The notes under the pieces were generated by a model. It ran no database searches. It had not been told where the DNA came from and saw only the letters and a program-made list of their open reading frames with translations. DNA of 64,000 bases from Cyclobacteriaceae bacterium. Lineage in GTDB: Bacteria > Bacteroidota > Bacteroidia > Cytophagales > Cyclobacteriaceae. Shown in pieces: positions 44,739 through 54,155 of this stretch; position 1 is the first letter of the stretch, and the number at the start of each line of letters is the position of its first letter. The DNA lies in contig PXCO01000129.1 in assembly GCA_003565295.1 (NCBI GenBank), positions 45,929-109,928 of the forward strand. The letters run 5' to 3'. The position numbers were made by a program, and so were the translations under genes.

Positions 44739-45269
44739 TTAGTCACGTAATTGGTAAATTTCAGGGAGGTTTCTTCCAAGCCCTTCATAATCCAGGCCAT
44801 ATCCAACTACAAATTTACAGGGAATTTCAAAACCCAGGTAGTCAATGTGGATGGATTCCTGAAGTGAACCCGGTTTCAAAAGCAAACTGGCAATGGCTAT
44901 ACTTTCAGGATGGTAATGGTTGAGTTCCTGAAACAACATCTTCATGCTTTTCCCTGTGTCCACTATGTCCTCCACTACAATAAGGTGCCTACCCTCCAAT
45001 TGTTCCTCCAACGCCATTTTCATTTTTACCTTTCCAGTAGAGCTGGTGCCGATATAAGAAGAGAGCCGGGTAAAGGTGAACTCAGCTTCCAGTCTCAATT
45101 GCTTGGCCAAGTCCCCCAAAAATATAAAGGCACCATTCAACACACCCAAAAACAAAGGGTTTTTATCCTTGTAATCCTGTGTGATCCGATTTGCCATTGT
45201 TTTTACGGTTTCCTGGATACTTTCTTCACTGATAAAAGGTACGAATGTCTTATCGTGGATTTTGATCAT
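44739..45269 (-). CDS. hpt: Hypoxanthine phosphoribosyltransferase
   Basis: 176 aa. PRPP-binding motif 'VVEDIVDTGKSM' and C-terminal 'GYGLDY'. Confidence 0.9.
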   Translation of the reverse strand: MIKIHDKTFVPFISEESIQETVKTMANRITQDYKDKNPLFLGVLNGAFIFLGDLAKQLRLEAEFTFTRLSSYIGTSSTGKVKMKMALEEQLEGRHLIVVEDIVDTGKSMKMLFQELNHYHPESIAIASLLLKPGSLQESIHIDYLGFEIPCKFVVGYGLDYEGLGRNLPEIYQLRD

Positions 45270-45349
45270 ATCGTAAAATGAAAAAGCCCTAAATACTTAA
45301 GGCCTTACAAATATAGGCAAATATGGGTAAAATGAAATCGGAAAAAGAC

Positions 45350-46267
45350 CTAAAGGTACTTCAATAAGTAAGCATGTAGGTTAATCATTGCTTCTAAGTC
45401 GGACCAATGTACGGTTTCCCTCGGTGTGTGCACATTATTCTCTGGGGCCCCCACAAAGCACCAATCTATTGGGTAGGGGCATAATTGAATTTCTCGCCCG
45501 TCTGATCCTCCATGTGCTTCCACCTCCAATTGGTAGGGTATGCCGCTTTCTTCTGCCAGGTTTAAAATACGGTTTAAATAGGTTTTCCTCGGGATAAAGC
45601 TGTCCCGCAGCGAAATGGCAACCCCTTTCCCGTGATGCACCCCATCGGTCACCCAGGTGATATCGGCGATTAAGGCCTGCCTGATCCGCCATTTTTCATA
45701 GATAAATTTTGACAAAAGGGGAATAGCTCCCCCGCCGTGCTCTTCGTAGGTACTGAAAACCACTATTCCATGCTCAAGCTGTTCGCATATCTGAAGAGCT
45801 GTGTACAGGCCTAACCTATTGTCCAGGTAAGCGGCCTGAATATACTCCCCTTCGTCGTGGATTTGCTGGGAGAATGATAAAGAAGTGCCGATTTGTATGG
45901 GACGCTTGAAATTGTGGTACAGGTTTCCTCCCTTCACTTCCACCTGGCATTTAATCTCTCCCATTATATCTTCCCCTTCTATCCAATCACCCGTTTGCAC
46001 CTCGGGGCCACCCACCGGTACCAGTTGGTTTTCGTATCTTGCAGTAAAACCTACCGTGTCCATGTGGGCAAATAGTGCTGTTTTAGGGGTTCCGAACTTT
46101 AAAATGATATTATTTTGAAAAAAATCCCCAAAAAATAGTTCAGGTGTAACTTTCCATTTATATCTTCGTTTGAAAACGTATTCTAATATGTATTGTGCCA
46201 TTTTGGACTCATCACCGGAAACGCCTCTGATGTTTAAAATTTGATCCAATATTTGTGGAGTTGGCAT
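45350..46267 (-). CDS. M42-family metallopeptidase (aminopeptidase/FrvX-like)
   Basis: 305 aa. Metal-ligand pattern 'AHMD', 'LDNRLG', 'EEHGGGA' and a C-terminal His-containing 'NVHTP'. Confidence 0.7.
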   Translation of the reverse strand: MPTPQILDQILNIRGVSGDESKMAQYILEYVFKRRYKWKVTPELFFGDFFQNNIILKFGTPKTALFAHMDTVGFTARYENQLVPVGGPEVQTGDWIEGEDIMGEIKCQVEVKGGNLYHNFKRPIQIGTSLSFSQQIHDEGEYIQAAYLDNRLGLYTALQICEQLEHGIVVFSTYEEHGGGAIPLLSKFIYEKWRIRQALIADITWVTDGVHHGKGVAISLRDSFIPRKTYLNRILNLAEESGIPYQLEVEAHGGSDGREIQLCPYPIDWCFVGAPENNVHTPRETVHWSDLEAMINLHAYLLKYL

Positions 46268-46358
46268 AGTTTGTGAGTTGTTTCTCTCGAATTTCGTTGA
46301 AAAGATTTAAATTATCGAAACAATTTGGAGAGAAGTTTAATATTGTCGTAAAAAAACA

Positions 46359-46366
46359 TACATTTG
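46359..46366 (+). promoter_or_regulatory. Putative Bacteroidetes -7 box (TACATTTG) upstream of the OmpA-family gene
   Basis: Exact match to TAnnTTTG, 77 nt upstream of the ATG at 46443. Motif match only. Confidence 0.3.
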
Positions 46367-46442
46367 TAACTGAAAATTCTACTTCGAAATCAAAACTGGA
46401 TTAATTAAACTAACACTTGAATGTTGTAAAAAATTTTTTATC

Positions 46443-47729
46443 ATGAAAAAAATAATACTATCAACACTAATGGTTGGCGCATTGGCCATAGGAGCTCAAG
46501 CGCAAGATGACGATTTCAATAAATGGTCTATCGAAGTTAACGGAGGATTTAACAAGCCCATGTCACCCATGACCCCTGGCTATTATTCTCCTACACTGAA
46601 TATAGGTCATGCGGATCTCGGTGTCAGGTACATGTTCAATGAGAAGTTTGGAACCAAACTTGATTTTGGCTTTGGAAGCTTTAACGAGGCGAGCCAGGAC
46701 AACAATCCAGAATTCTCTACTAACTACTACAGGGTCAACTTGCAAGGAGTTGCCAATTTGGGTAGGATCATGAACTTTGAAACTTTCTCTCAGAGGTTTA
46801 ATCTCTTGGGACATGCCGGTGTAGGCATCGGTAGGGTCACCCCCCAAGAAAACGAATGGGAAGGGTTCCAAGATGATGTCTACAACTTTATTGCAGGTTT
46901 GACAGCCCAGGTAAGGCTTTCAGACAGAATTGCTCTAAATGCCGACATTAGCACTATAATGAACGGAAGGCAAAATGTAGCCTTCGACGGTGCATCTTCC
47001 ATCACCCCTTTGGATTACAGTTTCTATGGCCCTAAGGCCAATTGGTGGACTGGAACCCTTGGATTGTCCTTCTATCTTGGTGGAAGCAGTTCACATGCCG
47101 ACTGGTATTTGAGGGAAAGCAAGTATGCGACCAAAGAAGAATTGGCTACCCAAATCGGAGAAATCAGAGATATGCTTAAAGACTCTGATGGAGATGGTGT
47201 TCCTGATTACCTTGACAAAGAGCCTAATACTCCAGCAGGTGCTAGGGTAGATTCACACGGAAGAACCTTGGATTCTGATGGTGACGGAATTCCTGATCAC
47301 CTAGACAAGTGTCCTTTCGTACCTGGCCCAGCATCTTTGGACGGATGTCCTCCAGAAGATACTGTTGAAGAGGTTGACTTCTTGAAAAAGGCGATCAACG
47401 ATGGATACGTTAATGTGTACTTCGCGTTTGACAGCTCTAAACCGCTTGGTTACTCCTCTTCTGCTGCAAATTATGTGGCCAACTTCATGAAGAGAAACCC
47501 AGGTGTTAGTGTTGAATTGAAAGGTTACGCTGATGAAATCGGTCCTGAAGATTACAACATGAAGCTTTCTGAAAGAAGGGCTAAGGCAGTTTATGATCTC
47601 TTAATCGCTGCTGGGATCGATGCCTCTAGAATGTCTTACAAAGGATATGGTGAAGATACTTCGGTAGACAAGCGTTCTGCTGACGCAAGGCAGCTTGCAA
47701 GAAGAGTGAGCTTTGAGGTGAAAGATTAA
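46443..47729 (+). CDS. OmpA-family outer membrane protein with thrombospondin type-3 repeats
   Basis: Signal peptide and N-terminal beta-barrel. 'DSDGDGVPDYLDKEPNTP' and 'DSDGDGIPDHLDKCP' TSP3 repeats. C-terminal OmpA-like peptidoglycan-binding domain ('LSERRAKAVYDLL'). Confidence 0.9.
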   Translation: MKKIILSTLMVGALAIGAQAQDDDFNKWSIEVNGGFNKPMSPMTPGYYSPTLNIGHADLGVRYMFNEKFGTKLDFGFGSFNEASQDNNPEFSTNYYRVNLQGVANLGRIMNFETFSQRFNLLGHAGVGIGRVTPQENEWEGFQDDVYNFIAGLTAQVRLSDRIALNADISTIMNGRQNVAFDGASSITPLDYSFYGPKANWWTGTLGLSFYLGGSSSHADWYLRESKYATKEELATQIGEIRDMLKDSDGDGVPDYLDKEPNTPAGARVDSHGRTLDSDGDGIPDHLDKCPFVPGPASLDGCPPEDTVEEVDFLKKAINDGYVNVYFAFDSSKPLGYSSSAANYVANFMKRNPGVSVELKGYADEIGPEDYNMKLSERRAKAVYDLLIAAGIDASRMSYKGYGEDTSVDKRSADARQLARRVSFEVKD

Positions 47730-47750
47730 AGGAATTTAATCCATAAAATT

Positions 47751-47779
47751 AAACCCGATCTGAAAGGATCGGGTTTTTT
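47751..47779 (+). terminator. Rho-independent terminator of the OmpA-family gene
   Basis: Stem aacccgatc / gatcgggtt followed by T7. Confidence 0.85.
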
Positions 47780-47793
47780 TATATCTTGCCCCT

Positions 47794-48441
47794 ATGTTTG
47801 TATTGAACCATCAAAATACCGTTGCCAACCACTTCTTGGCAGAATTGCGTGATATTCACAAACAAAATGACAGGTTAAGATTCAGAAGTAATTTGGAAAG
47901 GCTTGGGGAAATCATGGCCTATGAATTATCCAAATCCCTTCATTATGATTCGAAATTGGTGCAGACACCGTTTAAGAAGCTTTCTATGGACCTATTGGCG
48001 AGCCAGCCAGTGGTAATTTCGATTCTTAGGGCATCTGTGCCTTTTTTTCAAGGTGTAATTAATTTTTTTGATCAAGCGGATAGTGGCTTTATTGGTGCCT
48101 TCAGAAAGGCCCACTCTGGGCAGGGTGACGTGGAGGTGGAGTTGGGATACATGGCTGCACCGCCTATAGAAGGTAAAACAGTAATAGTAGTGGACCCTAT
48201 GTTGGCAACGGGTAAATCCTTTGTGGAAAGTGTCAATCATTTACTGAACAACGGTAGTCCATCTATGATTCATATCGTTTCAGTGATTGCTTCCCCAGAA
48301 GGTGTCAGCTATATCAAAGAGCATCTTTCTATCCCCCACGAGTTTTGGCTTTGTGCGCTTGATGAAGCACTCAATGACAAGGCGTACATCATTCCTGGTT
48401 TAGGGGATGCGGGAGACTTGGCCTTTGGCCCTAAACTATAA
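47794..48441 (+). CDS. upp: Uracil phosphoribosyltransferase
   Basis: 215 aa. PRPP motif 'VVDPMLATGKS' and uracil-binding 'YIIPGLGDAGD'. Confidence 0.9.
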   Translation: MFVLNHQNTVANHFLAELRDIHKQNDRLRFRSNLERLGEIMAYELSKSLHYDSKLVQTPFKKLSMDLLASQPVVISILRASVPFFQGVINFFDQADSGFIGAFRKAHSGQGDVEVELGYMAAPPIEGKTVIVVDPMLATGKSFVESVNHLLNNGSPSMIHIVSVIASPEGVSYIKEHLSIPHEFWLCALDEALNDKAYIIPGLGDAGDLAFGPKL

Positions 48442-48452
48442 AGGTACCCAAG

Positions 48453-49376
48453 ATGGAATATGTTTGGTTGAGTGTTGGGCTCGGGGTTTTGTTGCTTGGT
48501 GGCAAGCTGCTCGTGGACGGGGCCTCTGCAATAGCCTCAAAATTAGGCTTAAGTGCCGGGTTGATAGGGCTTACTGTTGTAGCATTTGGGACTTCAGCCC
48601 CGGAACTGCTGGTAAGTATCACCGCTGCCCTAAAAGGCACAAGTGATATTGCAGTGGGTAATGTGGTGGGTTCCAATATTTCAAACATCACATTAGTATT
48701 GGGAATTACAGCTTTAGTGTATCCAATTATCATCACCAAATCCATACTTAAGTTAGATTTCACCTTTACCCTGATTACCTCTTTGCTTTTTTTTGGATTG
48801 GCCCTTGACGGATACATAGGGGTTTGGGAAGGATTAATTCTAGTCCTGCTCTTGTTTGCCGTGAATTTTTATTTTTTCAAAAAAATAGGTAGAGTGGAAA
48901 TGTCCGAAGAAGAAAAGTCAGCCTTTAATCAGAAACCTATTTGGAGTGCAGTTGTTTTTCTTTTGTTGGGGATCTTTGGCCTTTATGTTGGCTCTGAACT
49001 TCTTGTGGAGAATGGCATTCAAATCGCACTGAAGTGGGGAGTCACCGAGAGAATCATTGGAGTGACCATCATTGCTGTGGGAACCAGTTTACCCGAATTG
49101 GCAACTTCCGTGATCGCCGGAATAAAAAAGGAGACGGATATTGCCATGGGAAATATCCTGGGAAGTAATATGATGAATGTCTTGAGTATTATTGGGATAA
49201 CAGCTTTAGTAAAGCCCATTTCTGTTTCTTCGGATTTCCTAAATATGGATTTTCTTTGGATGCTGGGTATGACGATTCTGCTTTTCCCCATTATGCGATG
49301 GCATTATAAAATTTCGAGGTGGGGGGGGATAGTGCTTTTACTCACTTATCTCTCCTATTTGTACTTTATTCTATGA
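48453..49376 (+). CDS. CaCA-family Na+/Ca2+ exchanger (YrbG-like)
   Basis: 307 aa, about 10 TM segments. Two alpha-repeats: 'GNVVGSNISNI' and 'GNILGSNMMNV'. Confidence 0.85.
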   Translation: MEYVWLSVGLGVLLLGGKLLVDGASAIASKLGLSAGLIGLTVVAFGTSAPELLVSITAALKGTSDIAVGNVVGSNISNITLVLGITALVYPIIITKSILKLDFTFTLITSLLFFGLALDGYIGVWEGLILVLLLFAVNFYFFKKIGRVEMSEEEKSAFNQKPIWSAVVFLLLGIFGLYVGSELLVENGIQIALKWGVTERIIGVTIIAVGTSLPELATSVIAGIKKETDIAMGNILGSNMMNVLSIIGITALVKPISVSSDFLNMDFLWMLGMTILLFPIMRWHYKISRWGGIVLLLTYLSYLYFIL

Positions 49377-49834
49377 TCGAGTATTTGCTCACCTTTATAG
49401 GGATTTATCTGCTATGCCTCTTCAAATTTATAGCTGGCCCAACATTGGGAGCAGCAGCAGGGTATAGTCTGTTGGAAATTGAAGTTGTAACAGTCTCTGG
49501 AATGATGACTTCCGTTATTGCGTTTTCTTTTTTAGGGGAATGGATCAAACATACCTGGGTGATAAAGATCAGGAAAAACCCAAAGCGGTTCACGAGTAGA
49601 ACCAGGCAAATCATTAAAGTATGGCAGAAGTTTGGGGTTTGGGGGATTGCCGCCCTTACACCCGTTATTTTCACTCCTATTGGAGGCACCATTATCATGG
49701 CCTCATTTGGTATTCCTAAGCGAAGGATTCTCAGCAGTATGTTTATAAGTGCAATAATTTGGGCCTTTGTTTTTGGGCTTACTGTTCATAAAATTCTAGA
49801 GTTCCCGATTTTCCGTTCCCTTACCGGTCAATAA
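49373..49834 (+). CDS. Small integral membrane protein (possibly the small multidrug export-like family)
   Basis: Start at the ATG overlapping the upstream stop (ATGA at 49373-49376). About four TM segments. Family assignment is tentative. Confidence 0.5.
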   Translation: MIEYLLTFIGIYLLCLFKFIAGPTLGAAAGYSLLEIEVVTVSGMMTSVIAFSFLGEWIKHTWVIKIRKNPKRFTSRTRQIIKVWQKFGVWGIAALTPVIFTPIGGTIIMASFGIPKRRILSSMFISAIIWAFVFGLTVHKILEFPIFRSLTGQ

Positions 49835-49871
49835 AAAAACCTTGCCTGGGACACCCAGGCAAGGTTTTTTT
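49833..49871. terminator. Bidirectional Rho-independent terminator
   Basis: A7 run, then stem ccttgcctggg / cccaggcaagg (loop aca), then T7. Lies between convergent genes. Confidence 0.85.
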
Positions 49872-49889
49872 ATTGACCTTATCAGAAGC

Positions 49890-50849
49890 TTACATTATTC
49901 CTTTTATTTGGGCTTCGAAGAAAATGGGGGTATAGGGCCTGACCAGGTCCACATTCTCACCACGGTTTACCAGGTCTTCTCTTATTTCAAAAGGTATAAT
50001 TTGTATGGATCTATCAAACCCTGCAAATGACGGGACTATTGCCTCAATTTCGGCTTCCAAATAAAGGTCGTTTAATACGATATTTAAAAAATTAAGGTAT
50101 TCCTCAAATCCCACTCTTATGGTGGGGCGGTTTCCTGTTCCGTCCCCTTGCATGGTCGGACTGGTTTCCCCTAAATGAAATAGTTTATAGTCGAAGGTTA
50201 CGTTTTTTCCCCTTTCCGATTTAGCTTTCTCATCATCCCCTTCATCTACCAAGCGGAAATAGATGCCTTCATCGATTTTCTCGAATCCTTCAAGGTTATT
50301 TTCAGCAATATAATCCTGAATCATCTGATCTTCCCTCTCTTTCAGTTCTTCTTCTGTATACTTACCCACAAACTTAATATCAATGATAAGGTTGCTGTTG
50401 GGGAGCACCATTTGCTGATAACCGTAATTTCCAAATGCCAAATAGGAGGGAGAGTAAACTCTAAATTTCTCACCTTCCCTGGCTAATCCAGCGGCGTATG
50501 CCATTACTATGGGCCAAATCCCGTCATTGGTGACCTTAAACAGCACAGGATCATTTTCTTCATCCATGTACCTTTTAACAATTTGTCCGTCCAACGTACG
50601 TATATCAAAATAAATGCCTATCACGTCCCCATTTTGAAACTGGTATGCGTCTGGTTTTTCTACCTCTCTTGAGTAATAAAACCCGGTTTGGGTTTTGGTG
50701 GCATTTATGTCATTATTGGAAATATAGGCTTCCAAAATGGCATTATCTCTTTCAATTGCCCTGTCAAGTTCAGTCTCAGTATCCTTAAGACATCCGGTTA
50801 AAACTGCTAATAGCCCTAGGCTCCACACAAATTTGAAGTAATGGTTCAT
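49890..50849 (-). CDS. Lipoprotein with FKBP-like domain(s)
   Basis: Start at the ATG at 50847-50849 ('MNHYFKFVWSLGLLAVLTGC' lipobox). 'GDVIGIYFDIRTLDGQIV' resembles the FKBP core. Tentative. Confidence 0.4.
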   Translation of the reverse strand: MNHYFKFVWSLGLLAVLTGCLKDTETELDRAIERDNAILEAYISNNDINATKTQTGFYYSREVEKPDAYQFQNGDVIGIYFDIRTLDGQIVKRYMDEENDPVLFKVTNDGIWPIVMAYAAGLAREGEKFRVYSPSYLAFGNYGYQQMVLPNSNLIIDIKFVGKYTEEELKEREDQMIQDYIAENNLEGFEKIDEGIYFRLVDEGDDEKAKSERGKNVTFDYKLFHLGETSPTMQGDGTGNRPTIRVGFEEYLNFLNIVLNDLYLEAEIEAIVPSFAGFDRSIQIIPFEIREDLVNRGENVDLVRPYTPIFFEAQIKGIM

Positions 50850-50917
50850 GATTGAATACACGCTTTTTTTATGTTTATGGTGATTTTTAGATAACACGTA
50901 TTTAAAGGGAATCAGGT

Positions 50918-52273
50918 TTATTTTCCCATTTTAAAATTCATTCTCAGGTTAAGCCCCCCTATTGAGAATTGTTGATTGGCAAAAGTAAGACTTCCTATGG
51001 GTAATTTGTAAAATGGTTCAAAGGAAATGAACATTCCATTGCTAAGGTTATATTCGTACCCCACTGATAGATTTACCATTCTACCCAAATCCATGTTGTT
51101 TTCTCCCCCTTCGGGCGTGATCACCGTCGAGAACTGTTGAACCGAGGGCGAAAAGCTCAAGATCCCATCAGCTTCGGTGGTGAAAAAAGAATTGGTCTGG
51201 AATGATTCAGTAGCTTGTTGATTAAGGTAAACCATGCTAGAAAGCCCGGTGATCAGGTAAAACCCGGAATTTTTGGTTTCCATTACCTGATATTTCAGAT
51301 TGACGGGGATATCCAAACTTGCAAAATCCAATTGATAAGATGAATTTATGAAATTATAATTTGATCTGGCCATGGCCATGTCCATGGTCTGTGGCATAGC
51401 CTGTTGATTCTCAGGGCTCATGCTTTGGCGGGCATAGGTTACACCCACATCAAGTTTGATTTTCTTGGAAAGGGAGAACTCGGACATCAGCCCTGCTCCT
51501 AAATTCATGCCTGCCACTGGGTTAGAGCTAGACTGCGGTGCCACCAAGAACCCTAATTTAAAGGGTAATGGCTCCTTTGTCTTTTCTTTGCTGCTATTGT
51601 CTTCAGCCAAGTTCTTCCAATTTTCCAACATTTCCAATGCGTCCTCCTGCTCCATCAATGTTTTATGATGCTTTTCTGAGCTTAGGGTGTCTATTGGGGG
51701 AGCTAAGGATGGAAACAGCTCCTTGCTTTCGGTAATATAGGCAGATTGGTCGATGGCCTTCGGTTCCATCGGGCTTAGAGGCGTGTCTACCTCCTTGGGG
51801 TGAGTGATGTCATCGATTCCAGGTCCAGATTCAATTCCTGCATCTTTCGTCACAGGATGTTCCGATGGTAGGGAGGAGGTGTTCTTTCGCTCACTGTCCC
51901 TGATGCTATCGCCTTCCGGTGAGGTTTGTTTATTCTCCTCTATGGCGAAATCATTCTTTTGTGGTAAGTTTCTATCTTGGTTAATGGAGGAATCTATCTT
52001 ATCTGGTCGAGTGGAAAATGGCTGTGAGGCATCAGTGATTTGGGTACTGGTGGTTGCATCTTCCACAGATTCTGGCCAAAACATTACCGCCAAGAACAAG
52101 CTAGCTGCCAATCCTGTGGTAATGTATGGCCATAGTATACCCCATGCACTTTTCTTGGGCTTGAAATAGGCTTTTGATAGCCTTTCCCAAGCCTTAGGGT
52201 CATAGGTCTCTTCATGGTTTTCGAAGGAGTCCCTTATCTTTTTGGCCAAATCCTTATCGAACTGCTCCTTCAT
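50918..52273 (-). CDS. Anti-sigma-like membrane protein with a C-terminal outer-membrane beta-barrel (porin-family) domain
   Basis: 451 aa. Short cytoplasmic N-terminus, one TM segment ('ILWPYITTGLAASLFLAVMFW'), a low-complexity linker, and a C-terminal ~200 aa with OMP beta-strand pattern. Overlaps the sigma gene by 20 nt. Confidence 0.5.
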   Translation of the reverse strand: MKEQFDKDLAKKIRDSFENHEETYDPKAWERLSKAYFKPKKSAWGILWPYITTGLAASLFLAVMFWPESVEDATTSTQITDASQPFSTRPDKIDSSINQDRNLPQKNDFAIEENKQTSPEGDSIRDSERKNTSSLPSEHPVTKDAGIESGPGIDDITHPKEVDTPLSPMEPKAIDQSAYITESKELFPSLAPPIDTLSSEKHHKTLMEQEDALEMLENWKNLAEDNSSKEKTKEPLPFKLGFLVAPQSSSNPVAGMNLGAGLMSEFSLSKKIKLDVGVTYARQSMSPENQQAMPQTMDMAMARSNYNFINSSYQLDFASLDIPVNLKYQVMETKNSGFYLITGLSSMVYLNQQATESFQTNSFFTTEADGILSFSPSVQQFSTVITPEGGENNMDLGRMVNLSVGYEYNLSNGMFISFEPFYKLPIGSLTFANQQFSIGGLNLRMNFKMGK

Positions 52274-52802
52274 TCCTGATATGGTTTAACGCAATCACTT
52301 TTTCCCTCAGCTTTTCCTTTGCCCTAGCCAAGTAGGTTCTGCTGGAACTTGAAGGGATATTCAAGGCAGCTGCAATTTCATTATGCTTATAGCCCTCGAT
52401 TTCATACATGTTAAAGATGATCCGAAGAATCTCCGGTAATTCTCTCAACATGCCAAGGATATCCTCCCTGGATAATTCATCAATGATGCTGGATTGATAA
52501 GAGGTGGCTTCCGCTTTTTCTATGTCCAGCAGCACCATGTATTTCAGGTTTTTCCTGTAGTAATCCACCGAGGTATTGATCAAAATCCTCCTAAGCCATC
52601 CCTTGAAGGAGTTTTCAGGTGAGAACTGATCAATTTTATCAAAAACCTTCATAAAGCTGTCATTGACGATTTCGCATGCTTCTTCCCGATTGCCCGAATA
52701 CCTTAACGCAACACTCATGGCATAGCCATAAAAGTGCTTATAAAGCCTTTCCAGTGATCTGGGGTCCCGACTTTTAGCTTTTTGTATAAGGTCTTTCTCC
52801 AA
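52254..52802 (-). CDS. ECF-type RNA polymerase sigma-70 family factor
   Basis: 182 aa. Region 2 ('...EEACEIVNDSFMKVF...GWLRRILINTSVDYYRK') and region 4 HTH ('GYKHNEIAAALNIPSSSSRTYLARAKEKL'). Confidence 0.85.
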   Translation of the reverse strand: MEKDLIQKAKSRDPRSLERLYKHFYGYAMSVALRYSGNREEACEIVNDSFMKVFDKIDQFSPENSFKGWLRRILINTSVDYYRKNLKYMVLLDIEKAEATSYQSSIIDELSREDILGMLRELPEILRIIFNMYEIEGYKHNEIAAALNIPSSSSRTYLARAKEKLREKVIALNHIRNEGAVR

Positions 52803-52887
52803 AAGGTTAGATTTATGCGGGTTCTACTGCTAGGACGAAGTTGTGTGTTGAAACGCTACAAGTGGGAGGTGTTTTTTTTGAAAATGT

Positions 52888-53292
52888 TCAAAAATTGAAC
52901 TGCATGGTTTGTTTAATGTCCGGATGTAGGCTGAGAGCGACCGGACAGGTTTTTGCGGCGTTCTTAAGTTTTTGCCTGAACTTCTCATTCTCTGTTGGCT
53001 TCTCCCAGTGCATGCTTATGATGATTTCTTTGATTTTTCTAGGTTGATCATCCATGATTTTGGTGACCTCCCATGATAATCCTTCCAAGGCAACGTTATC
53101 CCTGTTTGCTACTATACCCATGATGGTCACCATACAAGTACCCAGGGCTGCTGCCACCAGATCTGTGGGAGAGAATGCCTGCCCTTTGCCATTGTTGTCC
53201 ACGGGGGCGTCGGTGATGATTTCGTTTCCGGATTTGATATGGGTAGAGGAAGTCCTCAAGTTTCCCTGGTACCGGCTTTTGATAGTGGTCAT
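52888..53292 (-). CDS. OsmC family peroxiredoxin-like protein
   Basis: 134 aa. 'FSPTDLVAAALGTCM' and a C-terminal 'CPV' Cys pair typical of OsmC/Ohr. Confidence 0.8.
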   Translation of the reverse strand: MTTIKSRYQGNLRTSSTHIKSGNEIITDAPVDNNGKGQAFSPTDLVAAALGTCMVTIMGIVANRDNVALEGLSWEVTKIMDDQPRKIKEIIISMHWEKPTENEKFRQKLKNAAKTCPVALSLHPDIKQTMQFNF

Positions 53293-53373
53293 AATCTTTT
53301 ATTTTTAATTTTGTAAAGGATAACAAACGAAACAAATTTAGCGTTAAATTTCTGATCCCTTTAGCTGATTCAC

Positions 53374-54096
53374 ATGAAATATATTTACCTCGTTTTCCTA
53401 TTTCTGCTATCCATCCATGAACTGAAGGCCCAGGGTGAGGATGCCGGCAATTACGACTATGACCGGGAGGTGCTTTTTGGCATCAACAAAAACACAAATG
53501 GAGGACTTATTGGCGGAGTGAGCTTAAAATTAGGTTGGGCCATTGATGACGACTTGTTCCAGTTTTTTCAGCTTGAGCTTGCCAATGTGAAAAATCCAAA
53601 GGAGGTACGTTATAACACGGTACTGGGCAATAGTTACATCTTCGGGAAATCCAATTACCTGTATGCCATACGGCCCCAGTATGGTAGGGAACTGAGATTG
53701 TTCCAGAAAGCCCCCCATCAGGGGGTTCAGGTATCCATACTTGGCGCATTGGGCCCTACTTTTGGGTTGATTGCCCCATATTTTATTGAGTATTCCATCT
53801 CTAGGACAGAAACCGTCCGTCAGCAATATGACCCCGAGGTGCATCAGAGCCGTTTCAATGTGTTGGGTCCCGGAAGGTTATTCGAGGGCTTAGGAGAATC
53901 AGAAATCGCTTTTGGTGGCCATGCAAAGGCGGCATTGTGCTTTGAGTTCGGGTTTTTTAAATCAAGCGTCACAGGGGTGGAACTAGGCTACCTCTTAGAG
54001 GGTTTTAATAAGGAAATTGAGCTTATGCCCACTACAGAAAACCGTCAAATTTTCCAGTCAGTGTACTTTACACTGTTTTATGGATTCAGGAGATAA
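53374..54096 (+). CDS. Hypothetical secreted/outer-membrane protein
   Basis: 240 aa. Signal peptide 'MKYIYLVFLFLLSIHELKAQ'. Beta-strand-like composition ending in an aromatic-rich C-terminus ('YFTLFYGFRR'). Confidence 0.5.
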   Translation: MKYIYLVFLFLLSIHELKAQGEDAGNYDYDREVLFGINKNTNGGLIGGVSLKLGWAIDDDLFQFFQLELANVKNPKEVRYNTVLGNSYIFGKSNYLYAIRPQYGRELRLFQKAPHQGVQVSILGALGPTFGLIAPYFIEYSISRTETVRQQYDPEVHQSRFNVLGPGRLFEGLGESEIAFGGHAKAALCFEFGFFKSSVTGVELGYLLEGFNKEIELMPTTENRQIFQSVYFTLFYGFRR

Positions 54097-54155
54097 TTCT
54101 GTTTTTTTGGGTATCACCTTCCGATGTTATATCTTTGATGACACAATAGACGACC

